From contig OU015566.1 of assembly GCA_907165135.1 (NCBI GenBank), positions 6,510,001 to 6,574,000 on the forward strand: DNA of 64,000 nucleotides. Reading direction: 5' to 3'. Below, in pieces: positions 1-10,899 of the stretch; position 1 is the stretch's first letter; each line of letters begins with the position of its first letter. The DNA is from Oikopleura dioica (taxonomy: Eukaryota; Animalia; Chordata). Both the position numbers and the translations under genes were made by a program. The notes beneath the pieces are model-generated. The model had not been told where the DNA came from and did not search any database. It saw nothing but the letters and a program-made list of their open reading frames with translations.

Positions 1-15
1 CTTCTTAACCTGCGA

Positions 16-1050
16 ATGCAAGGAGAGATGCAGTTTAACGCATTAAAAGACATGGGAGAATCCATCAATGATCTCAGAAAATATTTTGCAAAGAAGAACA
101 CGATGAGTGACAATGAGGAACTCACTGGGGGAAGTGAGGGAAGTAACCTGCAAAGTCTAGAGGAACGAGCAGATGAGAGTAAGGAAGAGAGGAAAAGATT
201 TGTGAGGACGGAAGTCAAGAAATTTTTCGCGAATCCCGCAAAATTCAATATGATATCGTGGACTGACAACGAGGACATTACGTTTGACGAGCATTTAGCA
301 AGAAACCGGATTGCTATACGAAGCGCTAAAGAATCAGGACTTGCTGACAGCCAATTAATCAACCTATTTCTTCTCACGCTGAGACCAAGAGACCACTACC
401 TGGACGAGGTAGTTGGGGTTAGAGATCGAAAAGACTTCAAGACGTTCATCGAAGGCCTTGGACGATATTTCAATGGATCCTCAACAACGAGCATGAACAA
501 AGTTATCACCGCAAGAAGAAAACCGAATGAGAAACTTATCGAATTTTTCATACGGTTAAGATCAATGTATGGAATGACGGGAAGAGACCCAACAGAAGGG
601 GAGACACCAAACCTCTTTTACACTATCCTGCTGAACAATGCAACGAAAATTCAGAAGACCGAACTGATAAGAGACTTAGATGTTGAAAGAAGGAAAACAC
701 CAATAAAGCTAGACGACCTTAAAGACGCAGTTTTGAAGGCCCAAATGGTGGATGATCAAAGCTACGATGCAAACACTCAACATCTTGTGTATAACATCAA
801 CGATCAGCAAAAACAAAGAGGTTATGAACAACGAAACGAAATGCCAAGATCAAGCTCTAGAAAGCTTATTGACAAATCAAATGTTGTTTGTTACAACTGC
901 GACTCCAAAGGGCACATGTGGCGTGACTGCCAAAAGCCTTTAAAACAACGATTTGTCCGAATAAAAGAAAGAACAAAACAACAACAAGGATATCCGAGAG
1001 AGCCTAGAACCCCTCGAGGGACAGGCTATCGAGCGAACAAAAGCACCTAA
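16..1050 (+). CDS. gag: Gag with CCHC zinc knuckle
   Basis: CYNCDSKGHMWRDC (CX2CX4HX4C) near C-terminus; lies directly upstream of pol. Confidence 0.9.
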   Translation: MQGEMQFNALKDMGESINDLRKYFAKKNTMSDNEELTGGSEGSNLQSLEERADESKEERKRFVRTEVKKFFANPAKFNMISWTDNEDITFDEHLARNRIAIRSAKESGLADSQLINLFLLTLRPRDHYLDEVVGVRDRKDFKTFIEGLGRYFNGSSTTSMNKVITARRKPNEKLIEFFIRLRSMYGMTGRDPTEGETPNLFYTILLNNATKIQKTELIRDLDVERRKTPIKLDDLKDAVLKAQMVDDQSYDANTQHLVYNINDQQKQRGYEQRNEMPRSSSRKLIDKSNVVCYNCDSKGHMWRDCQKPLKQRFVRIKERTKQQQGYPREPRTPRGTGYRANKST

Positions 1051-1075
1051 GCCAGCTGCGAATCGGCTTAGAAAT

Positions 1076-4000
1076 ATGGAAACGAAAACGGAACCGGAAC
1101 CGACTAAGAAAAAACCTTATCAACCACTTATTGTGTACGCCAATGTCAAGGCGAAAGCCCGCAATGGCGTCAAACAAGACGTATTGACTTTACTCGATAC
1201 AGGCGCAACCTACAGTTGCGCAAGCCTTGATTTCGCCGAAAGTCTTGAAAAGAACGGCTCCAAAATCATTAAAGAACAAACTCGCAGAGCCCATCCAATA
1301 GCGGCTAAGGGAGGGACAATGGAAATCGCCTATGACATTATACTGGATGTCACAATCAAAAGCTATCCTGATATTGTCTTCCCTTCAGTTCGCGTCAGTA
1401 TTATACCTGGCCTTCGCGCGGAATTAATACTTGGATGTGACAGTCTCCAGAACCATACACTGCAGATAAATAGCAATTCTGCACTGATTGATGGTAGACC
1501 AGTGCAACTCGCGAGACAGAGGAACACAGTTACACTGAAAGTATTGGAGGCAAATGCTTCAAAGGGCTTCAATACCCTGAAACTTGCTGCCGAAGACCTT
1601 GCAGAAGAGAAGCAGCCCTCTAACCGAGTTTTACTCACCTTAGAATCCAGCTCATCGCCTGGTGTGCCGGACGTGTCTATGATCATGAAGTCAAGTGAGT
1701 TGAAAGCCGATTTCTTGATCACATACCCGGGCCCACCGACCACAGTACCGAAGATTTTCCTGGCCAGAATTGACTCGGTACCGGAAAACTCAGAAACCGA
1801 AACTCCTAGGGGATTGTCGGCTGATGATATCAATGATATTATATCAAAAACAGAGCTAAGCCCACAAGGCCAAGAGAAGCTGAAAGTCATTCTCGAGAAG
1901 CATTCCTGTTCATTCTCGAAGAAGAAGACCGACGTTGGAATATATAAAGGACCTAAAGTTAAACTGCAGTTACTTGACCCAAGACTCCCTGGAGCCTGGG
2001 TCCGACCGAAGAGAATACCCATCAGCCAGCAAGACTGGCTAAGAAAAGAACTTGACGCAATGCAGAAAGCTGGAATCATCGAAAAAGCTAAAGGAAGCCA
2101 ATACAACGCACCACTCCAACTAGTCAAAAAGACGACGGGTGAACATACCGTTTGTGTAGACATGCACTCGCTCAATCTCAGAATAGCTGGAAATGACTGT
2201 CTTCAGGACGAACCGAAAGAGACCTTGGAAAAGCTGGAAGGAGCATCGTTCTTCAGCAAAATTGAGATTCAGCAGCCTTTTCTCCACATGAGCTTATGTG
2301 AGGAAAGCAGACCACTAACAGCATTCAGTGCACTTGACCAACAGTATCAATTCAAACGTATTCCACCAGGATTGAAGATTGCTCCCAATGTCTACCAAAT
2401 GGCATTAAAGGAAACACTTGGAAACGTCATAAGTGATAGCTGTTTTGTTACTCTGAATGAGATCCTTGTGATCGAAAAATCGGAAGAAAAGCATCTTAGT
2501 GCCGTCGAGGAAACGATCGATCGACTTACAACTGCTGGATTCATTCTCGATCCGGAAAAATGCCTCTTCGCACGAAAGAGCATAAGCTTTCTTGGATACA
2601 GAATAACCCCTTCAGGATACTCTCCCGAGCATGACAACCTAGCTCCAATCAGAGATTATCCTGTTCCATCAAACAAGAGAGCTCTTCGTCGATTCATCGA
2701 GATGTGCTCATACTACAGCTCGCTTATTCCAAGACTTAACTTTAAATTGGCGCCTTTATACAAAATCAGTGGAACAAAATCAGTTTATGACTGGGAAGAT
2801 GAACATCAGAATGTGTTTGATGAGATAAAAGCAGCGATTCTACAACAGAATAAACTTGCCTTCCCATCACGTGATCCCGATTCGCAACTTATAGTAACAA
2901 GCGATGCGAGTCTCACGGGATACGGAGGAATGATAAGCCAGAAAATCGGCGACGAGACTGAACGCCCACTTGGATACTGTAGTGGATTTTTCAAAGACTC
3001 ACAACTGAAGTGGCCGATTCACGAGAAAGAAATGTATGCCTTCATCAAAACACTCGAAAATTTTCATCATCATTGCTACGGAAGATCATTTCTTTGGAGA
3101 ACAGACAGTCGATGTCTTGCATTCATCTGCTCGGAAAATAAAACCCGACAGACTAAACGACCATCAGCGAAGAAAGCGCGTTGGCTCCAAAAATTGAGCG
3201 AATACGATTTCGCGATCAAGCACATGGACGGAAAATCACGTGAAATGAGCGTTTGTGATAGCCTTAGCCGACTCGATCCACCTGAAGTTGTCAACCATAT
3301 CGATAATGCAACGGAAACCAAATTCAGAAGTCTTCAGAAGGCGATACCAACCTGGATCAAGCTCAAAGGAATCACAAAAGCCGAGCTACGAGAATGCCAA
3401 GACAAAGATGAATCTCTCCTGAAATTCAAACATGACTGGAAACCATTGAAAGGAAAATATAAGCTCAAACTTGCTGAAGACGGAATCTTCATCTTGGTAG
3501 GGAAAGTTGATCGGATACCAATACCAATGGAGTTACAGAAGAGAATCATCTCAGCTTACCATCTTCCACAACACGCGCGAGTAACGAATATGATCGAAGC
3601 AATGAGGAAATCTGGAATCTTGTTCCCTGGAATGTCAAGAAAGACAAAGGACTACATCAAACTATGCCCAGCTTGTATTACGATGGCAGCGTTGGAGAAA
3701 CCTAAGATTTCACCAGTAGCGGCTCCGAAAGAACAACATCCATACATGACCGTAACTATCGATCTTCTCGGACCCCTGCCATCGACTCCGACACGTAAGA
3801 AATACATATTGGCGGCAATATGCAATCTGACTCGCTGGATAGAGCTCAGGCCCATCGTGGATAAATCAGCACCTCATGTTGCTAAAGCAATAATGGATAT
3901 ATTTTTCCTAAGAGGGCCACCACGGGCAGTTTCTTGCGACAATGGAAAAGAATTCTCCAACAGCATCCTTAAAGAACTACTTACGTCCTTTGGAACCTGC

Positions 4001-4585
4001 ATCAACTATGGAACACCTTATCGGCCGCAAGGACAAGGCCTGATAGAACGAGCAAACCGTGAGATTGTCAAGCATCTCAAAGCGTTAAACATAGAAGAAA
4101 ACCGATGGGACACTTACATCCCATCAATCCAACTGTCAATGAACCTTAGCTACCACTCAGCCTTGGGCTCAAGCCCTTTTCAAGCCATTCATGGCTGGAC
4201 TCTAGCCGAGCCATTTCGTAATAATACTTACAATGGAAAAATCCCCGAAGATGTTCGACTATGGGTTAAAGAGTCGGGAGCTCGAATGTGTGCTGCACTT
4301 TCACAACTTGTTGCGAAGCAAGCAGTAGCATCGACGGAGATACCTGACGATACTGATTCTAATGGGATAGATATTGGAACAGAAGTTCTTTTAAAAACTA
4401 TGATTCCACCAGGAGTAAGTGGAAAACTCTTCACTCCGTGGAAAAGAGGATTTGTCGTACAAAAAAGATGCGACAAATATACGTACATTGTAACCCCGAT
4501 CGAAGCTCCTAGGAGGCGATTTCTTGTGCACCGCGATCGAATACGGATCCTGCACCGGAATCTTAAGAATTCGCCAAAGGTATGA
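1076..4585 (+). CDS. pol: Pol polyprotein (protease, degenerate RT, RNase H, integrase)
   Basis: PR LLDTGA; RT fold FSKIEIQQPF / IPPGLKIAP / VTLNEILV / FLGYRI; RNase H TSDAS, EKEMY, RTDS, CDSLSR; IN HLPQH..CPAC, TIDLLG, SCDNGKEF, IERANREI. Confidence 0.95.
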   Translation: METKTEPEPTKKKPYQPLIVYANVKAKARNGVKQDVLTLLDTGATYSCASLDFAESLEKNGSKIIKEQTRRAHPIAAKGGTMEIAYDIILDVTIKSYPDIVFPSVRVSIIPGLRAELILGCDSLQNHTLQINSNSALIDGRPVQLARQRNTVTLKVLEANASKGFNTLKLAAEDLAEEKQPSNRVLLTLESSSSPGVPDVSMIMKSSELKADFLITYPGPPTTVPKIFLARIDSVPENSETETPRGLSADDINDIISKTELSPQGQEKLKVILEKHSCSFSKKKTDVGIYKGPKVKLQLLDPRLPGAWVRPKRIPISQQDWLRKELDAMQKAGIIEKAKGSQYNAPLQLVKKTTGEHTVCVDMHSLNLRIAGNDCLQDEPKETLEKLEGASFFSKIEIQQPFLHMSLCEESRPLTAFSALDQQYQFKRIPPGLKIAPNVYQMALKETLGNVISDSCFVTLNEILVIEKSEEKHLSAVEETIDRLTTAGFILDPEKCLFARKSISFLGYRITPSGYSPEHDNLAPIRDYPVPSNKRALRRFIEMCSYYSSLIPRLNFKLAPLYKISGTKSVYDWEDEHQNVFDEIKAAILQQNKLAFPSRDPDSQLIVTSDASLTGYGGMISQKIGDETERPLGYCSGFFKDSQLKWPIHEKEMYAFIKTLENFHHHCYGRSFLWRTDSRCLAFICSENKTRQTKRPSAKKARWLQKLSEYDFAIKHMDGKSREMSVCDSLSRLDPPEVVNHIDNATETKFRSLQKAIPTWIKLKGITKAELRECQDKDESLLKFKHDWKPLKGKYKLKLAEDGIFILVGKVDRIPIPMELQKRIISAYHLPQHARVTNMIEAMRKSGILFPGMSRKTKDYIKLCPACITMAALEKPKISPVAAPKEQHPYMTVTIDLLGPLPSTPTRKKYILAAICNLTRWIELRPIVDKSAPHVAKAIMDIFFLRGPPRAVSCDNGKEFSNSILKELLTSFGTCINYGTPYRPQGQGLIERANREIVKHLKALNIEENRWDTYIPSIQLSMNLSYHSALGSSPFQAIHGWTLAEPFRNNTYNGKIPEDVRLWVKESGARMCAALSQLVAKQAVASTEIPDDTDSNGIDIGTEVLLKTMIPPGVSGKLFTPWKRGFVVQKRCDKYTYIVTPIEAPRRRFLVHRDRIRILHRNLKNSPKV

Positions 4586-5010
4586 TGACGCGTCAGAAAA
4601 GTGTATGTTGATGGCTAACGGATATACCTAGGAGCAGACGACACTTCAGGAGAAGAATAACGATAAAGAAGAAATCGTTAAACCGGATGAAAATTCGGTA
4701 GTTAATAGTCAGGCGCCATCAGTAGAAGCAGAAGAGGAAATATCAACATCAGCGGTGCCTAGAAGAAAGACTAGAGGACAGAAAGTGCCGTATGGTAAGT
4801 TTTTCTGAGACATGGAGCTAAGGATAGAAGATCGTCCTCCAAGAAACTTCATGTCAACAACTCACGCAGAAGAGACAGAAAACGTCGATTCGGGAAGAGA
4901 CTTCACTGCGAAATCAAAATTTGTTCACCTCGATAATTCTTTCTGCGAATAAGCCGAGTAAAAGACAAAACACTAACTCTGACTTATTAAGATAACTCGA
5001 GGTCTACGAA

Positions 5011-5478
5011 ATGAAACGAAAACCAAACAAAAACAAAATTTATCATCACCAAAATGATATGCAATTTGATAAGGAATGCACGAAAAATTCACGAATCAAC
5101 GACGAAGAAACAGAAGGAAAATCAAACAACTCGCCAAAGAAGAAAAAAATCAGCTACAACGAAAACGGTCAAGCGCGGTCGACAAACAGGGGAACCGAAT
5201 CACAGATTCAAACAAACCGACTCAGTATTTCATGTTTGATTTGCTTGGATACTGTAAGATCACCTAAAAGACTAAATTGCAACCACGCCTTCTGTGGTGA
5301 ATGCATCGACTACTGGTATTTGATTTCCAGTAAGACTTGCCCCCAGTGTAGGAAAAACATAAGCTGGAGCGAAATTAACGGACCAAAATGGAAAACAAAT
5401 TTGATTAACAAATTCAACGAAGAGAATATAAAAAAAAAACAAAAGTTGACGAAAAGGAAGAAGAACTTCGAAGATTGA
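5011..5478 (+). CDS. C3HC4 RING-finger protein inside the retroelement
   Basis: CLIC-x11-CNH-x2-CGEC-x11-CPQC with a Lys-rich C-terminus; lies between pol and the PPT. Confidence 0.8.
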   Translation: MKRKPNKNKIYHHQNDMQFDKECTKNSRINDEETEGKSNNSPKKKKISYNENGQARSTNRGTESQIQTNRLSISCLICLDTVRSPKRLNCNHAFCGECIDYWYLISSKTCPQCRKNISWSEINGPKWKTNLINKFNEENIKKKQKLTKRKKNFED

Positions 5479-5951
5479 AAAAGTTCTAACCGAAGGGAGG
5501 AGAGAAGAGAAAAGAAGTTGAATCTTCTTTTATTATTCTGGATCACCCGAGTTACAAAAATGTTTTCGATTCTTCTGACAACTCAAACTTTCGTTGATCA
5601 AAAAAGCCTGTTATTCATCATTTCAGAAGCCTTACATAAAAAACATTGTGATTGGATTTAGTCAAGAGTCAATAAGCGACATCTTTTCATCTCTAACAAG
5701 AACTAAATCGACATCTTTCCCGACTAAACATTCACTTTCTTCTTTCGATTGTGGACAAAAGTCAACGTTTTCAGTGTTTCACGGAAAGGATGATTGAATA
5801 AGTCGGAACTCTCGTCTTAAAATCGCGCAAAAATCTTGACCAAGTAATATTGCTGCTAAGAAAATTGACGGAACTTGAGCACAATATCCGCATCACCTGA
5901 TGATGAATCCAGAATCGATGAATCAACATTGGAGCCCAAGTGTTAATTAAT

Positions 5952-5965
5952 GAAGGAGGGAAGAG
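5952..5965 (+). promoter_or_regulatory. Polypurine tract (plus-strand primer)
   Basis: GAAGGAGGGAAGAG immediately 5' of the LTR start TG. Confidence 0.85.
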
Positions 5966-6439
5966 TGTTATAGTATGACTATAACGTATGACTGTTTTAC
6001 TACATAGTATTTCTGCTACTGATCACTGTACGCGCCCAACGCGCGGCGACCTTTCCCTTTTCCCTTTTTGTTATTAATTATTCACTGCACCACCAATAAT
6101 TTCGGCTGCTCCGCCGATATTCTCGCGCGGCGCTCCGATATTCTCGGAAGGGCCGAGAATATCCGCGGACGCTCTCCCGATATTCTTGGGCGCTGCTCTG
6201 ATATTCTCGGATAAGCCGAGAATATCCTCGTAGAAAAGTGACCACTATATAAGGACGACACCCTCCATCAAATCAGTAACGTTCTCAGGGGTCACTTTGA
6301 GCAAGACATACGGCTTTATGCCTAGAGATTACTGTACTGAGACTGTACTAGCGCTGGTCGCAGAATAAATCGGAAACGCTTATTAGCTTTTTATTACAAT
6401 TGTAGTGTGTCTTTATTTCACGCAAGCCATACTACAACA
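5966..6439 (+). repeat. 3' LTR of element 1 (474 bp)
   Basis: Starts TGTTATAGT, ends ACTACAACA (8/9 inverted match); TATATAA at 6246; AATAAA near 6364. Confidence 0.85.
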
Positions 6440-6958
6440 CCCTCAAATAAACGCAAGTCATCGCAATTGTTTACAGGCGTAAACGAAGCTGGCTACTTCG
6501 AATGACCTCTTTTCCCTAGACTCGAGGGCCTCGAAAATATTTAACTTTCGGACACAATTTACAGAATATTTCGGGCGTTCAAATACTTGTCGAAAGTATA
6601 CAGTGTCCATGCTGCATGCGCAGATTGAAGTTCTTATACTAGAATTAAATCTGTCGGGGTTGTAAATTAAAATGTAGCTTCTTTTGAAAGTGGTGACAAT
6701 TGTTTACTGGATATCCGTGAGAGTGCGCTGCTATTCAAATACAGTGCTCTGCTATTTAATCTTGATTATTGTCCCATCGTCTTTAGTAATTCGTTGAAAA
6801 CCTCTTGTGTGAAGTAGAACATTTTGTCTGACACAGGTTTTATTCACCAATCTTCATTCACGCAACCAACAATACAAAATCCAAATCTTTTTTATCAAAA
6901 AAGGGCGTCAAGAAAACTTGCCAAGATTTTGCTTCAAAAGAGAAACTACCGTTTCCTA

Positions 6959-7930
6959 ATGTCAGAGAGCGAAGACGAAGATGAGAATTATTTTGGAGCG
7001 ACTTGGGAGCACATGGGTAAGATTTTAAGACAGTTTTATTACAGAAAATTTTTCGGCTAGAATTTCTTTTGAACCCTTTTTTGTAATCTGCGGTCAAATT
7101 TCCCTGTTTCTTCCCATGTCTGAAATTGTAGATTCTGCTACTTTTCGGAACATTTTTTGACTGAAGAGATTTAGTCAATGAGGCATGCAGATTGCGGCAA
7201 TTTTTCCTGCTGTCGATTTATCGCCTCAGTGAATACACAAATACTTGATAATTACTTCCGGGCGACGGGTGAAAATATTTGCAGGGACCGTCCTTTTTCG
7301 CCCACTTTTCGTTTTTCCAAGCTGCATAAATTTGATAATCAAATTCTAGGGCTCTCGAAATCGAAGATGATCCAAGAGCGATCGCTTCCTCCCATCACGC
7401 AAAAAGGGCTGATTCTCTCCCGCTCGCCGAAAATCGAAGAAATTTATGAAAAATTACAACTGGCGGAAGAAAAGCTCAAAGAAGGAAAATCTTCCAGTCC
7501 AAATGCCGAGCGAATCAGGCATTTTCATCATGGGATTCTAGCGCTCAGAGGACTTGATTTTGGAGAAGGGTTGAATGAGGAAGATGTTGCTGTCACTAGA
7601 AATTGGAAGCTTTCGCAATTGACGGAGGAGATTTTGAGACGAGTGAAGCTGGTGAATGAGAATTTACGATTAGGAAAGCGGATTGTAATTTCATTCCAAG
7701 TTGATTATCTTCCTTGCTATCAGTTTGTCAAATGGACTAATGTTTGTTATTATCCGATAAATAAAGAGCTGGTAAAAACGTTAGTCCTGTCCAAAGTGAC
7801 ACCCTGGCGTCGCATCAGAGAGTTATGTACCCAAGTACTTGAGCGCAATCCGCATTCTGAATTGGCACAGGTGAGCCTCAGCGCTTCAAGTAGCCTTCCC
7901 AATTGTCCTAAAACTATCGAAAGACAGTGA
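6959..7930 (+). CDS. Probable spliced host gene, unknown product
   Basis: ATG exon (MSESEDEDENYFGATWEHM) ending at a GTAAG donor, followed by a 250-codon open frame; no recognised domain. Confidence 0.35.
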
Positions 7931-8199
7931 ATATGGGCGCAAATAGAACAGAAAAACCGCCGGGCACTTCTTTCAACAAACTTTCTGCTGACAAGAATGT
8001 CACGCACCCAAGGGGCAATTTTGAATTTCGTAGAGCTGTTTTCGATTAATATATAAACGAAAAATAATCACCATAAGAATTATAAATTTTATATCAGTAA
8101 AGTCTTTTTATTGAGGAAAAAATGAATTTATAAAAAATATTTTTGCATATCTAACATCATCAGTACGACTGCATAATAAGATAAAGAAATTTTTTTTAA

Positions 8200-8533
8200 G
8201 GAACCCCGTCAACAATTTTCCTCAAAAAAATCGAAAATTTCAAAACAGCCATATTTTGGCTTCTGAGTGTGCCTGGAAGTAAAATTTATCATAAAAACTT
8301 GTTAGGAGCACTTTTTGACCAATAAAATGTAAAATTTAAGCAAAATTGGGATTTTTTCGTCATTTTTCGTCAAAAAGTCCAAATTTCAAATACGATTTTG
8401 AGTGTGTTAGAGTCGAGATCGACCCCCAAAAATGAAGCCTCAAAATCGTTTTCTGACCCGTAGAATCCATTTCCGGGGTCAAAATTTTGAAATTCCGAAA
8501 ACAGATTTTTCGAAAATTGTTGACGAGGGGTCC
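8200..8533. mobile_element. MITE, ~334 bp, TTAA-flanked
   Basis: TIRs GGAACCCCGTCAACAATTTTC / GAAAATTGTTGACGAGGGGTCC with TTAA on both sides. Confidence 0.75.
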
Positions 8534-10899
8534 TTAAATTAGTTTATAATACATCAAAACAGCTCTACGAAATCAAATATTGCCCAAGGAGTGTGTGAGA
8601 TTCTTGTCAGCAGAAAATATCTTAGCGCTTTCTGGATCTTGCCAACTCCCGAATCCTCCCCGAACTTCCTCCAATTTCCTCGAGTCCACCAACAAAAACG
8701 CGTCGCGAAAAACCCCAAGGGAAGGAAGCGTCATCATCACTCCCCCACTCCACCAACTTGGCGACAACGAGGAACTCGCTTCGTAAGACGGCATTTCCTG
8801 GTCCGCGGCAGAGCGCGTCAAATGCTTCAAATTCTAACTCAAGTTTGCGAGGGAACTCAATGCGAGGAAAGAACAAGCGTCAGATTTTTATTTTACAGTT
8901 TTCTTACAAAAATTATCTTGATAAACGCATGTCAAGATAGCGCTCCCAAAGTCGTAAATTACATTTGCTCGTCGCGGACATTGTTTTCTTCGGCGATCTG
9001 AAATTGTACAGTTTTATACCTTTTCTATCTGTATCTTCGGTTCAAATAAAGTTCAACGAGACATATCTTTATCGATAGTTTTCTCAAGAGAACTGATGAA
9101 CTCACTGTTTTTTTCTTTGAAAAGTGCGATAAAAATGCAATATTTGATGGCAAACTCAATATCGTTTACTGTCTCAGATCGTTGTTTGAATAGCTGAGGG
9201 GATAAAAGTATTATATTCAAAAATTAATGGAGGATAAGGCCCCTTTGATGGATAAATGGAATTCGAAAGATGAAAGTCAGCAAGTATCAATATTTACATG
9301 CAAAATTAGCCTCAATACAGTTGTACTCGATCTGAATTATTGAATGCCGATGATGGATAAAAGGGATGAAAGCTATCTTCCGACAGCAATACTTTCGAGC
9401 AACGAAGAAAAAGCGAAACATGAACTTTTTGACTTTCTTGAGTTTTTTTTCTTTCACTGCTTCGGCTTTTTACGCCTCGCTCCCGGGCTGGGATGTGAAA
9501 AGGGATGGAGGAAGATTTTGGGCTCTCACTTGACTTTTAGTTTTCGAGATATTGAGTAAAAATAGAAAGAAGAGGCTAATTTCGTACGAAAAATTGAGAG
9601 CCCTGATAGCACAGTTGATCAGCAAGCCAAGCTTTACGAAAAGTACCCTGAGCTGATGCGATTCGTTCTTGGCGGAAATGGATTTTACTCGAAGAAATAA
9701 TTGGTTTTAACGTATTCTGCTCTTATTGAATAAAATCTTTCAGAGACCATAAAACTCGTTATTCTTAGAGAAAATATTGAATTTAATCTTCAGGTGTTTA
9801 TGATTTTCTGAGTATATTTTTAGTACGAGACTTCCTGAAGACAATCGATATAAGTATCACATATATAATTTTAATAAGTTCACGAGAAACATGACTTCCT
9901 TACCTTGACAGATAATTGATTAACATTCTGATGAGTCATCAGCGGCGTCGTTGGCTTCGTCGATCTAGTCGAGTTACCTGCAATACTTGCCTCTTTACTC
10001 CCCAACGTCTGCGCATCCGATCCCCTTTTTAGTTGCGACATAACTTGATCGAAGCACTAGAATGTTCAATTAATCAAATCCTGTCAAGCAACTCCCAAAA
10101 CATTCAATTTTCCTAACCTTTTTCGGAGTGGTAGACATGACATGTCGGGCCACTGAAGTCGGTCGCTGAATTCCCCGAGTTTCGAAATCCGGCTCGAGTA
10201 TATTGTCCAGCCGATTCATCAAATATGCCTAAAACGAAGAAATATAAGCAGTTTTTTTAACATTTCAGGCACGTTCGTAAAATAAATATAAAAGTGTGAT
10301 TCAATGGGCTTGTCTAACCGCGCCCTGACCGCGGTTGAGTTTGGCGGGAAGATTATCGAATCCGGCTCTGTAGAGCGTGTCTTTTCAAACTGAGGAAGTT
10401 TACCTGGTATTGATCTTCATCGCTCAGCGACGGCTGGCCCATTCGCGACTTTCCGGAGTTCTGTATTCATTCAAATATCCGATTAACTCGATTTTCTTGC
10501 ACTTCATTTTATTGATTTCAGAACTCAATCTGCGCTCGTTGTCGTTCCTCAATGACCCCCGGCGGAAGATTCGTAGAAGAAGGAAACGGACTCGGTTTGG
10601 ACGAGAGGAGCGGATGAACCAAAGCCTGAAAATAAACCGGTTCCATTTTCACGGAACAACTAGTGCCAAAACATTATGTGTTCGACCCGCTGGACGAGGT
10701 CGGCGTTTAGGACGTCCGGTCGCACTCTCGTTAGTTTTTCAACCGCGGAAGCCGATTTTCAAACCATGCGTCGGCCGGAGACCGTGGCACGCTTTGACTT
10801 CTCTAAAATCTTTTGCTTGCTTAGAGTGAGAGTTATCAAAACTGCTTTACAGGGCACTACTGGTCCTTTATCCACCTCGGTTCTTAACAAGAAGGCGCC

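Larger units (their letters stand above)
1..6439 (+). mobile_element. Ty3/gypsy-like LTR retrotransposon 1 (5' LTR outside window): gag - pol (RT-dead) - RING ORF - PPT - 3' LTR
   Basis: Domain order PR-RT-RH-IN; CCHC gag; polypurine tract abutting a TG...CA LTR. Confidence 0.93.

Noticed and set aside
1363-4488. Minus-strand ORFs antisense to element 1 pol (e.g. 270 aa at 1363-2175)
   Set aside because: Shadow frames of a coding strand; non-ATG starts and no motifs.
4812-4952. 46-codon ATG ORF between pol and the RING ORF
   Set aside because: Too short and without motifs; cannot be distinguished from chance.
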